64,000 nt of DNA from positions 92,256,001 through 92,320,000 of the forward strand of contig NC_042998.1 of the NCBI RefSeq assembly GCF_006345805.1. The letters run 5' to 3'. Shown here in pieces: positions 49,101 to 62,650 of the stretch; the stretch's first letter is position 1; the number at the start of each line of letters is the position of its first letter. A model generated the notes under the pieces. The model worked only from the letters and a program-made list of their open reading frames with translations, was not told the origin of the DNA and did no database searches. The position numbers were made by a program, and so were the translations under genes. The stretch comes from Octopus sinensis (lineage: Eukaryota).

Positions 49101-49357
49101 CAGGATGATGCAAAAGTAGGTATACAGTTATGAAAAAAGAAAACGTGTACAATACTCCTTTATTTTTATCAAAAAAAAAATTAAGTTACAATAAAAGTTT
49201 TATTGTAGTTATGATAAATGTATTATGATTAATGATACTGAAATTATCGAAAATTATTAGCATATTACTAATATAATGTGCTAATAATTTTAATAAATTA
49301 AGTATTATAACTTTGGTGTTATGCTTATGTATACCTACGTTTCCCCCCCTTCCCCCG
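49101..49357. mobile_element. Tc1/mariner-like MITE (degraded)
   Basis: caggatgatgcaaaagtaggtataca / tgtatacctacgtttcc inverted ends in TA-rich context. Confidence 0.5.
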
Positions 49358-50121
49358 TATATATAATCTCCATGCATATGTATGTGTAATTTCTATCAAA
49401 AGTTGAGTTTACTCTGTTTTGCCCTTGGTGCGGTTATACATATATACACACGTGTGTGTGTGTATTGGTTATATGCATGTGTGTATGTACACAAACACAT
49501 ATACACTCACATAGTATATATGCATATGAATTACAAAGTATTTACAAGTTGATACTAAAAGTGCAACAATTTCAAATGAATATTAAAGGTTTATCAACTT
49601 TTAACTGGTGAAAATATATTTTCAACTGGGCTCCATATAGCTCTTGGTGGTCCATATAAGACTTTGTTGCTAAAATTTTCCTTATAATGTTTAATCATTA
49701 AAATATGAGAGGAGTTTTTAGATATTGAATAGTTATGAGAGTCCCTCCCCTATGTAAGATAGGAATGAATGGTTGAGAAACACTGATTTTAGTCATTAAT
49801 CGATTAAATAATATTTTTATGCTTCAAACATTCAGGAGATTAGATTTTGAATGTAAATGAACAAGCATTTTATACATTGCTTCACTTCAGTGGCGTTGAT
49901 ATTTATTTTGGTGTAGAAGTCAGTTGATTTTTTTTTTTTTATAATTTTCCAGTTAATTATGGAAACAGTTAAACCAGCAATGTTTTCACATATAAAATCA
50001 AGACAAAATATTGAAATATAGATGCAGAGATAGTTTTAATTTTACAAAAATATTTTACTTCCAATGATAACTTTTTAGGAAGTTATAAGTAAAATTTTAA
50101 ATAATAAAATTTTAATTAATA

Positions 50122-50182
<61 letters not shown>

Positions 50183-53100
50183 TTTTACTTGTTTTAGTCA
50201 TTAGGCCGGTCATACTGTGGCACTGTCTCGAAGGGTTTAGAAAAAATTGACCCCCGTATATTTTGTTTTTTTAAGCCGGGTACTTATTATATTGGTTGCT
50301 TTTGCCAAACTTCTAAGTTACAGAAATGTAAACAAACCAACATTAGTTGTCTATGTTGTGGGAGAACAAACATAAACACAGAAAAACACACATAAGTTAT
50401 ATATATATAATATATATATATATACACACACAAACACACACACACATACAACAGACTTCTTTCAGTTTCCATCTACTAAATCCACTCTCAAGGCATTGGT
50501 TGGTCCAGGGCTATAGAAGACACTTTCCCAAAATGCCTCACAGTGGAGCTGTATCTGAAACCATGCCATTTGGAAGCAAATTCTTACCATACAGCCGCTT
50601 CACACACACTGTTGTGTACAAGTATGACTTGATTGCATGTACCATGCTTTCAGTTAATGTTTTAAGTGTTTATGTAGTCATAAGCATAGACACCTTCTCA
50701 GTCCCCTTGCCCTTTGACCTGCAGAACATCCAGTATGTGACAGCTGGTGGGATGGAGATGGCCACAACACCAACCAGCCCATACTCAGTTCAGTTGAGTA
50801 GACTTGAACAACAGGAAAACATAGGGATGTGGTCACACAAATGTGTGTAAGATTAAATGATTATTGTCTCAGATAACTTGTTTTATTTTCAATAAGTTTC
50901 TTTCTCTGTGTATAATTAGTGAGGATATATGTGGATATATATATAGTTGACATCATAAGAATTTATAAACTTTTGAGAGAACTTCAAAGTATTGCTCTGG
51001 TACTATTGATAGAACGCCCATCATGTCTACAGGGTATGTGAGTTCGAATCCTATGCATACTCTGGGTTTTTTTAATCCAAAAGGGTTTTTCAAACCAATA
51101 CTTACATGCTATTAATGATAGCTTTGTATGTATTTCAAAGACCAATTCTAAAAAAGAATTTTTTACACACGCACACACACAGAGGGAGGGTGAGAGAGAC
51201 AGAGAGAATATTAATCATATTGTTGCTCTATGTTCTGTTGTTTTACATTCAAATGTTGAGCAACGTGAAGATAGAAAAAAATCCCCTCCAAAGCTATTTA
51301 GATTTAACGACGAGTACTTTCAAGGGAGAGAACTCGTACCTCAGTGTGCTGAAAAAGAGTGTATGAAATCTCTCGTAGTTGTAATAATAGTAATTCTCTG
51401 ACAGGGAAATCAATTACGAAAGATGTTTTATTAATTAGTAATGAAATAAGTAGATGACATTTTAGATAATTCTTAGAAATTAATGTTTTAGAAATAAATT
51501 GAAAGTTTATCTTTTGAAGTAAAACAAACCAAATTTTGTGAAAATAATTCTTAACGATTAGCATCACAAAATATGTAGGTCTCCTTAATTTAATAAATGA
51601 ATATTTTATGATGATTGTGAGGCATATTTTCATGACCTATAACAACTTATTGCCAGCATTTCGATCAGGCTGTCTCATTCATATTTTTGACATTCACCAA
51701 CATTGCTCATGCCTGTGCGGGGGTGGGAGGAGAGGGTGTATCAATTGTGCTACTCCTTCCTACTTGTCTAATATAATTATCAAATAAATAACTAAATATC
51801 CATAGCTTTGGAATTAACGGTATTAAATAAATGAACTAGCGTTCATTTCAGTAATGAATATTTGGTTGTTTGATCAGCTCAACTACTGGTTCATTGAATT
51901 AGCTTGTAAGTGGCTGAGTATTCCACAGACACATGTACCCTCAATGTAATTCTCAATTAGAATCAGCGTATCACTGTGTGACAAGGATAGATCCTTGACT
52001 TCCAGGTACAATCCATCTGACAGGCTTTTCACAGTTTCCCCTCTATCAATTTTATTCTCAAGTCTTGGATTGACCTGAAGTCATGGTAAAAATGATGATT
52101 ACCTGTGATACCATGCAATGGAATTGAACCCGGTATCTTATTGTAGACTGAACTTCTTTACCATTTCAGCTTTTAAATAGACAAACATTACAACTCAGTA
52201 TGGATTGGACAAATTAAATATTGAACTGCTTTTCAAAGAACTGTAAAATTATCATGCTGATCATTTAATGTGAATGGAGCTTGCAGAAGAAGACCCAGGT
52301 AGAATTGAGACTAAATGGTGATAGATGATCTCATGGGGGTGATGACAAAGAACTGGGATGATTGGCAGTGTTCAGTTCTGAAGGAGACTTGTCCATTTTG
52401 ACAAAACTGAGTTCTACTAGAGCTGTGTGTATACATGTGCAACTGGGCCCTTCACCCAATTTCCTTCCTCTCATCTCTACCATCCACTAGTGCTGGTGGC
52501 ATGGAAGAAAAGTACCCAGTTCACACTAAAATGGTTGGCATTAGAAAAGGCATCCAGCTGTAGAGGCCATGCCAAAGCAGGCACTGGAGCATACTACAGT
52601 CTTTGGACCTATTAGACTCTGAAAAAATTGTCCAGCCCTTCCAGTATGGAAAATGGATGTTAAATGATGATGATTACAGGTAATATAAAGTAAGACTAAA
52701 AAAGGATTTTATATGAAAATGTCTGAGATGAATTATTGGTAATTAATTCATCTGTGACCTCATCAGCAACACTTTCCGTCATTGTGTGTGCTCCTGCTCT
52801 GCTTAGTCCATTCTAATTTGATTATCATTATCCAGATTATTGACCTCATCTTCAGAGATGAAGCATTACTTTTTAAAATATATACATCTATGCTACACTT
52901 TGAAAATTTCCCACCAGAATTAATAGTTATAACACAAGACTTGTATAGATAATATTCTATGCATTTTATAAAAAAATCTTATAAGGTAAAAATGAAAAGG
53001 TAAACATAGAAATTGTACTTTTCTGATGTGAGAAAGGAAATCATATCTTGCTATAGAATGAAACTTCCATATTTAATAAAGAGCCATCGTAAGAACTTTG

Positions 53101-53924
53101 GAAATATCCAAGGCTCACTGATAACCCACTACTAAGATAAGCTTAATATTAGTGTTCTTACTGAAATATAAATATGCTAAAGTGTAACATATATTATACA
53201 TTTGTCAGTGAGCTAGAGGATAAAACTGTTTCTATCCCTAGCTTAGAAATAAGGGTTCTTAATTCAAGTTTAATATTTTATGTGTGTGTGTATGTGTTAC
53301 TGCTATATGACTAGTGTTGGTCTGTATACATCCTTGTAACTTAGTATTTTAACAAAAAAGAGACTGATAAAATAAGTAGCAAACTTTAAAAAAAAAGTAG
53401 TTGAATTGATTTGATTAGCTCTAAACCCTTCCCTGTAAGGTGATGTCCCAGCATGGCCACAGTACAATAACTGAAACAAGTAAAAGTATAAAAGTGTGTC
53501 CAGGAAACAATACATCTGATGATGATTGGACGTCAAACAGATTTAAACATAATCTCAATGTAAATCTTAAATAAAATGTTTTGTCTCCAAAGATAAAGAC
53601 CAAGTCTAATAATTTATTGTCATATAAAAGATTATTTTTTTGATTGTCTATCATCTTTCAAGATGTTTTAGTAGCTTCATTGGAGTCTGTTATTGAATAT
53701 ACATTATAAATTATGTAATTGTTGTTGTTAAGATATTCAGCACTATTAATAATAATAACAATAATAATCCACTTTGTTGTTTGTTGTATTTTTGAACACT
53801 AAAATATTTGTGCAGTTTTTTCTTTATTTTATTTTTGGTTTTTCGTTTTGTCTTTCTTTACTTTGTTTTATTTAATTTTGAGTTGAGTGTTGCATGATGT
53901 TTTTTTGTTTTCTTTTTGCTTTAG

Positions 53925-54086
53925 AAAAATGGCACTGCTATTCGTGCTCTGAATCACATAACAGGCAGGTTTTCTGAAAGAGCTTCATCCACATCAGAAC
54001 CCGCTTCATTTTCTCTGCCTACCCAATATTCAGTCTCGAATGAAAGAAGGACATTTTTTAGGAATTCAAAGCCACCAAAACCTTAA
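53925..54086 (+). CDS. MYLK: MLCK-like terminal coding exon (second half of CaM site + tail + stop)
   Basis: ctttag|AAAAATGGC...CCTTAA; 162 nt; KNGTAIRALNHITGRFSERASSTSEPASFSLPTQYSVSNERRTFFRNSKPPKP*. It completes RRKWQK-N-G-x-A-I-R-A, matching the MLCK CaM-binding consensus RRKWQKTGxAVRAI. Confidence 0.92.
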   Translation, partial: KNGTAIRALNHITGRFSERASSTSEPASFSLPTQYSVSNERRTFFRNSKPPKP

Positions 54087-54680
54087 GCAGTTTACCAGTC
54101 CAGTTTTTAATGCCAAAACACTTAGGCTGTTCACCATCCAGTGATTTTTGTCTTGCTGAATTAATTATTCAGACAGTTCATATCTACTTCATTCTTCATC
54201 TAAATTATCAAATCCATCAAAAACCTTTTTTCATGCAAAAACTAATGTTGAAAATCCTTCTTCCTTCTCTAAGGTGATACAAGAAATTGAAAAGATCAGA
54301 GCCGAGTCTGCTGCCGACAGTGTATGAAATAAGCTGTTGAGAGAAAGAAGAGATCTGTATGTCTTGTATATTAAATAGTTCTTTTGAGGTAAAAAGGGAT
54401 GAGAGAGTTTTATAAGCATTGCACTGATGTACAAGATACACTAGTCTAGTTTTTTTGTTTTTTTTACTTTGGATTTGGCAAAGAACAATATAATACTATC
54501 TGGAATAAGTTAGATGTTAAAACTTCCACAGGGTCCTATTTTCATACCCTACAATGGCTTCATTCAGAAAAGAAAAAGAAAAACCAATAAGCAGTTGATC
54601 TGTGATATGCAAAAAATTTTTTATATTTCTACTTTTTTCTCCTCTATACCTCCCTCCTTTAACAAAATAAATAAAACTTC
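54087..54680 (+). other. Probable 3' UTR of the MLCK-like gene (extent uncertain, may run further)
   Basis: Follows the stop codon; repeat-poor, AT-rich; AATAAA hexamers around 54666-54675. Confidence 0.5.
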
Positions 54681-56573
54681 AGGCAGAAATTAACAAAGTT
54701 TCTTTAGCAAACAGTTTTGTTTATGTGACATGTAAAGTTAGGGGGTCACTATTGTATTTAGCACATTGGCTACTGTTATCAGTGTGATTACAAATTTTGT
54801 TCAGTTATTGAACAGCTTATTTTATTTCATCTAATTTATATCTATGGCATTATCAATTGCTATACTAATTCTCACTCAGAACAAGGAGGGAGGAAAAATG
54901 ATCATTGAAATTAAAAATTTTTTAAAAATTGGAAAAAAAAAATTAAATTTTTTTTTATAGTTTTAACACATTTTTAAAGCAAGAGAATTTTGTAACTTTG
55001 AGATGAGAAATAATTTATTATAAATGTTAATTTCTCTAATTGCTATATTTGTTTAATTACTGTATTAGAGATTTTGTTCTTATTTTTTTATATATTATAC
55101 TGAGTTGATATGTTTATTTACAGCATTGTACATAACTTATAAGAAATGGGAACCTATAAAATACTTCCAAAGATACAAACTTTTACTTTTAACTTAATTT
55201 TCGACCAGATGAACATATATGTAAGTTAAGTGTCCATGCCCCAGCATGGCCACAATCGAATGACTGAAACAAGTATAAGAATATAGATTATTTCAAAAAG
55301 ATTGCAGTAAAATTCAAATCTTCTTTCGGTTAATGTGTGCTGCTGATATTTCTCTTTTGCTAATTACCCTAAGTGTTTAATTAGATCTTAGGTTTTAAGT
55401 TAAAATAATAAAAAGTTTAAGATATACACACACATAAATTCAATATTAACAAAATCAAACAAATTTCCCATTAATTGATTAATAATATTCTTGCTACCAA
55501 TTCCATGATCAAGAAGTCAATTTATATTGGAAGTATGTGTTGGGTTCCTTTTTAAATTAATTTTATTCTGTTTACAAACTGAAACGATGGGATACTAATT
55601 ATCTGAGCTACGCTTCTAAGTTCTTCCTGTCTTTAACTAAATTATGTGGTTTTATAGCACTAAATAAAAACAAAATGTTTACATAAACGATTTTTATCTT
55701 TAATATAATTTTGTTTTGTTTTTCTTTAAACTGTCTTTGTGTGCCATTTTGTAATTTCAGAAAGAATGGATATTGAGCCATCATTGTTTCAAAATTGTCT
55801 GTCTTGGATTTGTCATATTTACAATACAGCATATTTGATCTACTCTTTCAATGTTTTGATTTTAGCTTGTGTGTGGTGGGGAGTGTGTAACTGTATGCTC
55901 TTTCTGTTCCATGCACTACAAAACCTGTCTCTGCCTCTGTTTCATTTTAAGGTACTTGCTTTTCCTGCAGTATAAGAAGACTTGTCAGTCATACATCAGT
56001 GTTAAGGTTTCCTTTCACAATTGAATCAATTTTGATGTGTAGGACTTAGTCTATTCCTAGATGTGAAATCATCATTGCTGTGTGGTCAAAAAGCTACACC
56101 ACTTTCATGTGGGTATTTAGAACTAGGCGTGTGGAGAAGATTATAAGGGTTTAGATTTCACGCAAGGCTTCAAGTTATGAGGAAGATTTATTGAAATGGA
56201 TAAAGATTTGGTGAGATAATTATTGATTTACTAACATATTGTTTAATAATATTTTCTAAACTCTGTGCTGGCACCATGGAAAAAGCATCCATGCTGGTGC
56301 CACATTAAAAGCACTTGTGCTGGTATCACATACTACAGCACCACATACAAAGCACCCAGTACATTCTGTAAAGTAGTTGGTGTTAAGAAGGGCATCCAGC
56401 CATAGAAACCATACAAAAACAGATGACTTGAGCCTGATGCAGCCCTCTGGCTTTCCAGCTCCTGTCAAACTGTCTAACCCATGCCAGTATGGAAAAACGG
56501 ATGTTAATTCATGATGATGATCATATTGTGAGAGGATTTAACATGTTAGGCTAATTATTAAGTTAACTAATTA

Positions 56574-57901
56574 TTGGGTCATCCCATAAATAAGGTGGTT
56601 TTTTTTCAATTACATGAACTGGGAGTTGGAGGGGGATGGGATAAACTACCTGCATCAACTTTCTTTAAAAACAGGTAATAATTTTACCTTATTCTTAGTG
56701 GAAGTTTTGAAGAGTTGCAGTTATTTTCTCAAAGCTATAATGGAAGTGACAAAGGAGCATATTTTGCTTTGAGTTCAATAAAGGCAACTATGCAATGGAA
56801 AGTGTGAGGAATATTAATGCAGTATATGGGGATTGAGCAATAAGTGTAAGCCAGTATCAACGATGGTTCCAGAAATTCCAAGCCGGAAATTACAGCCTTG
56901 AAGACAAGCCTTGTCCTAGATCTGTAGAGCTCAATGAGGACGTCCTGAAAACTTTGGAACAAAATCCCATCATAACTGTTGAGGATCTAGCAGAGAAGCT
57001 TGGATTTAGTCATTCAACTATTCATCGACACCTGTGTGCCATTGGAAAAGTCAGCAAATTGGGTCAATGGGTTCCTTACAAACTCTCCAAGTCTAATCAC
57101 ACACAGTGAATGTGTGCTCTTCTTAGCAATGTCTCACGAATGAACCTTTTTTAGACTGAATAGTGACTGGTGACAAGAAATGGGTTCTCTATAAAAATGT
57201 CAAGCATCGAAGACATTGGTTAGGGAAAGGAGAAACACTAGCACCCCAGGCTAAAGAAGGTCTTCACCCACGTAAGGTGTTATCTGTTTGGCGGGTTATG
57301 AAAGGTTTAGTGCACTTTGAACTTTTTTAACGAAATGATAACAAAGATCTACTGTGAGCAGCTTAAGTCAGTGCGAGAAAAAAATGACCATCTTTGGTTT
57401 AAAGACAAAAGTTGTTCTTCCATCAGGATAATCTTTTCTACTCTAGGCACAAAGCCTGAAAGATTTGGGGAGGAGGGCAGTCGATTAGATTGACTCCAGT
57501 TCGCAATTGGTACTTAATTTAATGACCCTGAAAGGATGAAAGGCAATGTTCAGTCACATACAGTGAGGATGACATTCCAAAGGCTGGAGCAGTTTGAATG
57601 GGAAATGATACCTCGCCCACCATATTCGCTGGATATTGCCCAATCTGATTATCATTTATTCTGTAGTCTTCAGAATCATTTGGACAGATAAAATATAAAT
57701 TCTGTAGACAAGGTCAGAACAGTACTGGTGGAGTATTTTTCATCACAGACAAGTGAATTTTGAAAAAGGGGCCTTGCAAATCTACCAGATAGATGGAAAA
57801 GCATTGTAGAAAATGGAGATTATATTTTAGATTAAAGAACTTTATCTTAATTTTGAAAAATAAAAGTATAAAAAAAATGCATTATTTATAGGATAACCCA
57901 A
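56574..57901 (+). mobile_element. Decayed mariner (DD34D, Hsmar1/Mos1-like) transposon, near full length, with an internal SINE insertion
   Basis: TA-flanked TIRs (ttgggtcatcccataaa / ...taggataacccaa). Frameshifted transposase motifs: WFQKFQAGNYSLEDKP, WVPYKL, IVTGDKKWVLY, HQDN, YSLDIAQSDYHLF. Confidence 0.92.
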
Positions 57902-58468
57902 TACTATTAAAATTAGGTTGGAAGAATTATTAATGGTTAAAATTATTTTAGGTGCAGGCATGACTGTGGTTAAGGGGCTTGCTTTGCAACCATGTGGTTT
58001 TAGGTTCAGGCCCAGTTCATGACATCTTGGGCGGCCCTAAGTGAACCAATACCTTGTGAGTGAATTTGATTGATGGAAACTGGAAGTCCATCTTGTGCGT
58101 GTGTTTTTCTCTCTACCCTCTGTTTGACAACCAATATTAGTTTGTTTTTTTTTAATGTACACTCAATACCTTTTTACAGCATTCCTCCCTTTATTATAGA
58201 CAAATTGAGGTCCAGTAAAAGCTTTTAGGTAACACACTATATGCAATTACTTAATTTGTTGGTTACCTAACAAATATGTTGAAGTAGTTTTAAAATGTAT
58301 ACCTGAAATAGCAGGAAATTGTTGAGGTTGAATAATTTTCAGATCAAGTAAAGCTTAATTTACAGATTAAAGAATAAAGTAAAGGTATGGATTCAGTATA
58401 AAAAGTATAATCGCTAATGGAAGTAAATCTTAGATATACCAAACACAACAACTGCAGTTCTTAAAAAT

Positions 58469-58858
58469 CTCTTTCACTTGTTTCAGTCATTTGACTGTGA
58501 CCATGCTGGAGCACTGCCTTTAGTCAAGCAAATCGACCCCAGGACTTATTCTTTGTAAGCCTAATATTTATTCTATTGGTCTCTTTTGCCGAACCTCTAA
58601 GTTACGGGGACGTAAACACACCACCATTAGTTGTCAAGTGATGTTAGGGGGACAAACACACACACACACATACATATATATATATACACACACACACGAT
58701 GGGCTTCTTTCAGTTTCTGTCTACCAAATCCACTCAAGGCTTTGGTCAGCCCAAGGCTATAGTAGAAGACACTTGCCCAAGGTGCCACGCAGTGGGACTG
58801 AACCTGGAACCCTGTGGTTTGTAAGCAAACTACTTACCACACAGCCACTCCTATGCCT
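58469..58858 (-). mobile_element. tRNA-derived SINE family A1
   Basis: Reverse complement of the 35780-36190 copy. Confidence 0.85.
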
Positions 58859-60149
58859 TAAATTAATACAACCTTTCTATAGAATTAAGTTAGATGTTCA
58901 TATATCTTTTACTTGTTTCAGTATTTGGACTGTGGAACCACCATGAAGGGCTTTTGTTAAATAAATTGACACCAGTACCTTTTTCTGCTGGTCTCTTTTG
59001 TTGAACCATTAAGTTATGGAGACATAAACAAACCAACATTAGTTGTCAACAATCCATGCTAGCATGGACAACAGATGTTAAGTGATGATATGGAAGGCAG
59101 ATGTTAAACAATGATGATGTTACACACATATAGGATGGACTTCTTTCAGTTTCTGTCTCCCAAATCCACTCACAATGCTTTGGTTAGCCAGAAAGGAAGC
59201 TCCTTACCACATGGCCACACCTGTGCCTATGGTACTTCCCTTTTTTTTTCTTCTGTTTTTCTTCCTTTCAGGTCTAATGCTTACTCGTTTGAATTTTTTT
59301 TACTGTTGAACTGCTGAATTATTGAGATGTAAACAAACCAATACTGGTTGTCAAGTGGTGACAAGCAAAAACAACACAAATACTCATGCGCACACATGCA
59401 CACACACGCATTTATAATGGACTTTCACAAACAAAGCATTCATAGGCTCCAGGCTATGGTAGAAGACATTTGCCCAAGACATCACATGGTTGCCAAACAA
59501 GCTTCTTAATCATGTGGCCATGCTTGAATATTCAAACTGTATTTTGGCATTTTCTCTTTGTATTTGTCCATAGTAGTAGTAGTCATCTGTTGATGGATAC
59601 ACTAAACCACAGAACATTATCTTGTTAGATTGATAACTGACAGATTGAAAAAGGAAGAAATGATTACTGAAATATTTTAAGAATGTGACAGTCAAAATTG
59701 GTCAAAATGAGAGAAATACATTAAAAGAAAAAGGTAATGAATCAGAAATCATCTTTAATTTTCTAGTTTTAATATCGACATTGATGATAGAAATTCCAAC
59801 CTTTTTATTAATTAGAAAACTAGAGTGAAATTTTAAATTTTTTTTATTTGTTTTTCTCTTATTAGCAAAACTAACTTTTTATCTTTCATAACAGATTTTC
59901 CTCTCTTTCCATCTTTTTTGATCAGTCTGGCTTCCAAAAAGTGATAAGCTGTTGACCTACATTGAGTAATACACTGATAAAAATCTTTCATGAATGTAAA
60001 CTCTGGTGATAAGATGTTTATTGGCTTTCACATATTCATCTCATTCTGATTCTTTCACAATCTTCAACTCTCTACATTAATGTATTTTGTGCATTTTGTC
60101 CCCTACTTATAATCTTTGACTGGCTCACAAATGCTTCAAACACGCTTGA

Positions 60150-61120
60150 TCTCACCTTCAAACCTATCTTTTCTCAAACTATCACTTTCTCTGCAACTGT
60201 TGAATTTGCAGGACTCCTGCCTTATCTTGACTATTCCCTACTCATCCACATTTTAGGTAACATCTCTTGGGTCCTATGGTACTAAAAGATATCTCAGTGA
60301 TTGGCATTCTTTCAGTTCTAAGCTAACTACCCCTCTCAGTATATATACTTCATCTGACCCTTCAGAACCTACTGCACATAAACCTAAAGCAGCCAATCAA
60401 TGCCCCTATCCTCAATATCTCAAAAACCAATATCTCTCTCTACAGTGATGTACTGATCATTGGAAATATCCTATAATTTTGATCCATTCTCATGAAAACT
60501 AATCCTTTTGACCCACCCAATTATCAACATATTGCACTCATTTCCAACATCGCAAAGTTGGGGGAGTTAGCCATTAACTCTACCCCTCTCCAAAATCTTG
60601 AAACATGTTTCTTTTTTTAATGACCTCCACTATATACTTTCATAATATCAGATCTACTGGTGAACTTTTTTTCTTTATTATTAAGTAGTACTCCCACCTC
60701 CATTTGGGAAATTTGTTGGAAATAGTTGTTGCCTCAGTAACACATTCAGCTATATGTCTGACCTGTGACTAGTCTATAAAATCCATTCATCTCTAGAATT
60801 GTTTGCTTCCTGTCAGATCGCAGCTTATTGTAAGTTTAAGAATCTTTTTGTAATCCACTGTTACAAATGGTGTGCTCCAAGGTTCAGTTTTGTCTCTCAT
60901 GCTCTTCCTCCTCCCTTAAACTTCTGCACTCAAGCTTCATCCACATGTAACCTTGATACCAATCTTTGTCACATTTAACAGCAAAAATAATTCCTACACA
61001 TTTTTCAAAACATTGTAGTCCATCTCCGCTTCAACATGAATAACATGCAGTGAGAACCCTCATGGTTGCTGCAAATGCTAATTCTTATGCTCATTAACGA
61101 TCTTTCCCAAATAGCACACA
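60150..61120 (+). mobile_element. CR1/L2-like LINE reverse-transcriptase fossil
   Basis: NGVLQGSVLSLMLFL at 60866-60910 (RT GVPQGSVLSP motif) in heavily decayed coding-like DNA. Confidence 0.65.
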
Positions 61121-61242
61121 TCTTCAACATAATTTTAGTCCCCTTTCAGACCAGAAATACTTCAGTCTCCTACTGCCCTCTACAAAGCTCATGTGACACA
61201 CACAAAGAGTATTGCTGTGACAAATATACACAACTTGAATCA

Positions 61243-62650
61243 CATCATCATTTAACGTCCACTTTCCATGCTGGCATGGGTTGGACAGTTTGACTGAAGG
61301 CTGGCAAACCAGAACAATGCACCAGGTTCCAATCTGATCTGGCAAAGTTTCTACAGCTGGATGCCCTTCCTAACGCCAACCACTCCAAGAGCGTAGTGGG
61401 TGCATTTTATGTGCCACCAGCATGAGGGCCGGTCAGGTGGTACTGGTATCAACCACACTTCAATGGTGCTTTTTACATGTCACTGGCATGAGAGCCAGTC
61501 AGGCGGCACAAGCAATGACCGTGCTCAAATGGTGCTTTTTATGTGCCACTAGCACAGCTGCCAATCAGGCGGTACTGGCATCGGCTACGACAATAACTTC
61601 ACTTGACTCAACAGGTCTTTGCAAGCGCAGTTTATTGCCCAATGATTGAAGGGTACTCTTAAATAGACCGGTTATGCTGCACCGGGTTATGGCTTACCGG
61701 GTCTTCTCAAGTACAGCATATCTCCGAAAGTCTCGGTCACTTGTCATCGCCTCTGTGAGGCCCAACATTTGATGGTTGTGCTTCACCACCTCATCTCAGG
61801 TCTTCTTGGGTCTACCTCTTCCACAGGTTCCCTCTATTACTGGGGTGTGACACTTTTTTACACAGCTGTCCTCATCCATTCTCGCCACATGACCATACCA
61901 GCGCATTCTTCTCTCTTGCACACCACATCTGATGCTTCTTAAGTCCAACTTTCCTCTCAAGGTACTAACAATCTGTCGAGTATGCACACTGACATTACAC
62001 ATCCATCGTAGCATACTGGCTTCATTCCTTGTGAGCTTACACATGTCCTCAGCAGTCACAGCCCATGTTTCACTGCCATGTAGCATGGCTGTTTGTACAC
62101 ATGCATTATACAGTCTACCTTTTACTCTGAGTGAGAGGCCTTTTGTCACCAGCAGAGGTAAGAGCTCTCTGAACTTTGCCCAGGCTATTCTTATTTTAGT
62201 AGCTACACTCTCAGAGCATCCACCCTGATTTGGTCACCTAGGTAATGGAAGCTATCAACTACTTTAGTTTTTTTCCCTGGCATGTGACAGAAACTGTTTC
62301 TGCATATTTTCAGTGTTTATTACCCATGAGCATTTGCCACACACAAAAATTATCTTTCCAGTTAGCCTTCCTTTGATATTACTGCACCTCTTATGTGCCA
62401 TAGCTTACACTGAGTACATCTTATGGAGTTTCTACCTGATTGGCATACTCTAGCTTCTGTCCTATACATGTATAGTCTCTTCACTCTGCTTTCTTACCTG
62501 TTCTTACGATGCCTTTTACTCCCCAAGAATTGGCTGATCTCATGCTGCCTCCATTCCCAATTCACTTGTTTTCATCACATTGTTTTCTGGGTCTGACTAA
62601 CCCCTATATTGAGTCCTTTCCATCTAGACTGTTGACTTTGGAATTTCCAC
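61243..62650 (-). mobile_element. RTE/BovB-clade LINE 3' fossil
   Basis: Minus ORF 61796-62149 LYNACVQTAMLHGSETW...RRMRWYGHVARM...GRGRPKKT (RTE ORF C-terminus); 3' UTR ends in gtggacgttaaatgatgatg. Confidence 0.9.

Larger units (their letters stand above)
3694..54086 (+). other. MYLK: Myosin light chain kinase-like gene (Ig-Ig-Ig-kinase-CaM-binding), 5'-partial; 12 coding exons in window
   Basis: Exons joined at canonical AG/GT sites in consistent phases give one open frame of 1,994 nt ending in TAA at 54084-54086. Kinase motifs GSGRFG, AAK, HLDLKPEN, DFGLAR, GTPDFIAPE and DLWSLG are present, plus an MLCK-type CaM site RRKWQK. Orthology to a specific MYLK paralog not tested. Confidence 0.93.

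Noticed and set aside
51340-51375. CTGAAAAAGAG..GAAA hammerhead-like motif
   Set aside because: Core G8 is missing and stems I-III cannot be formed.
55127-55134. TGTACATA Pumilio element in the possible extended 3' UTR
   Set aside because: A single 8-mer is expected by chance in AT-rich DNA, and the UTR extent is unknown.
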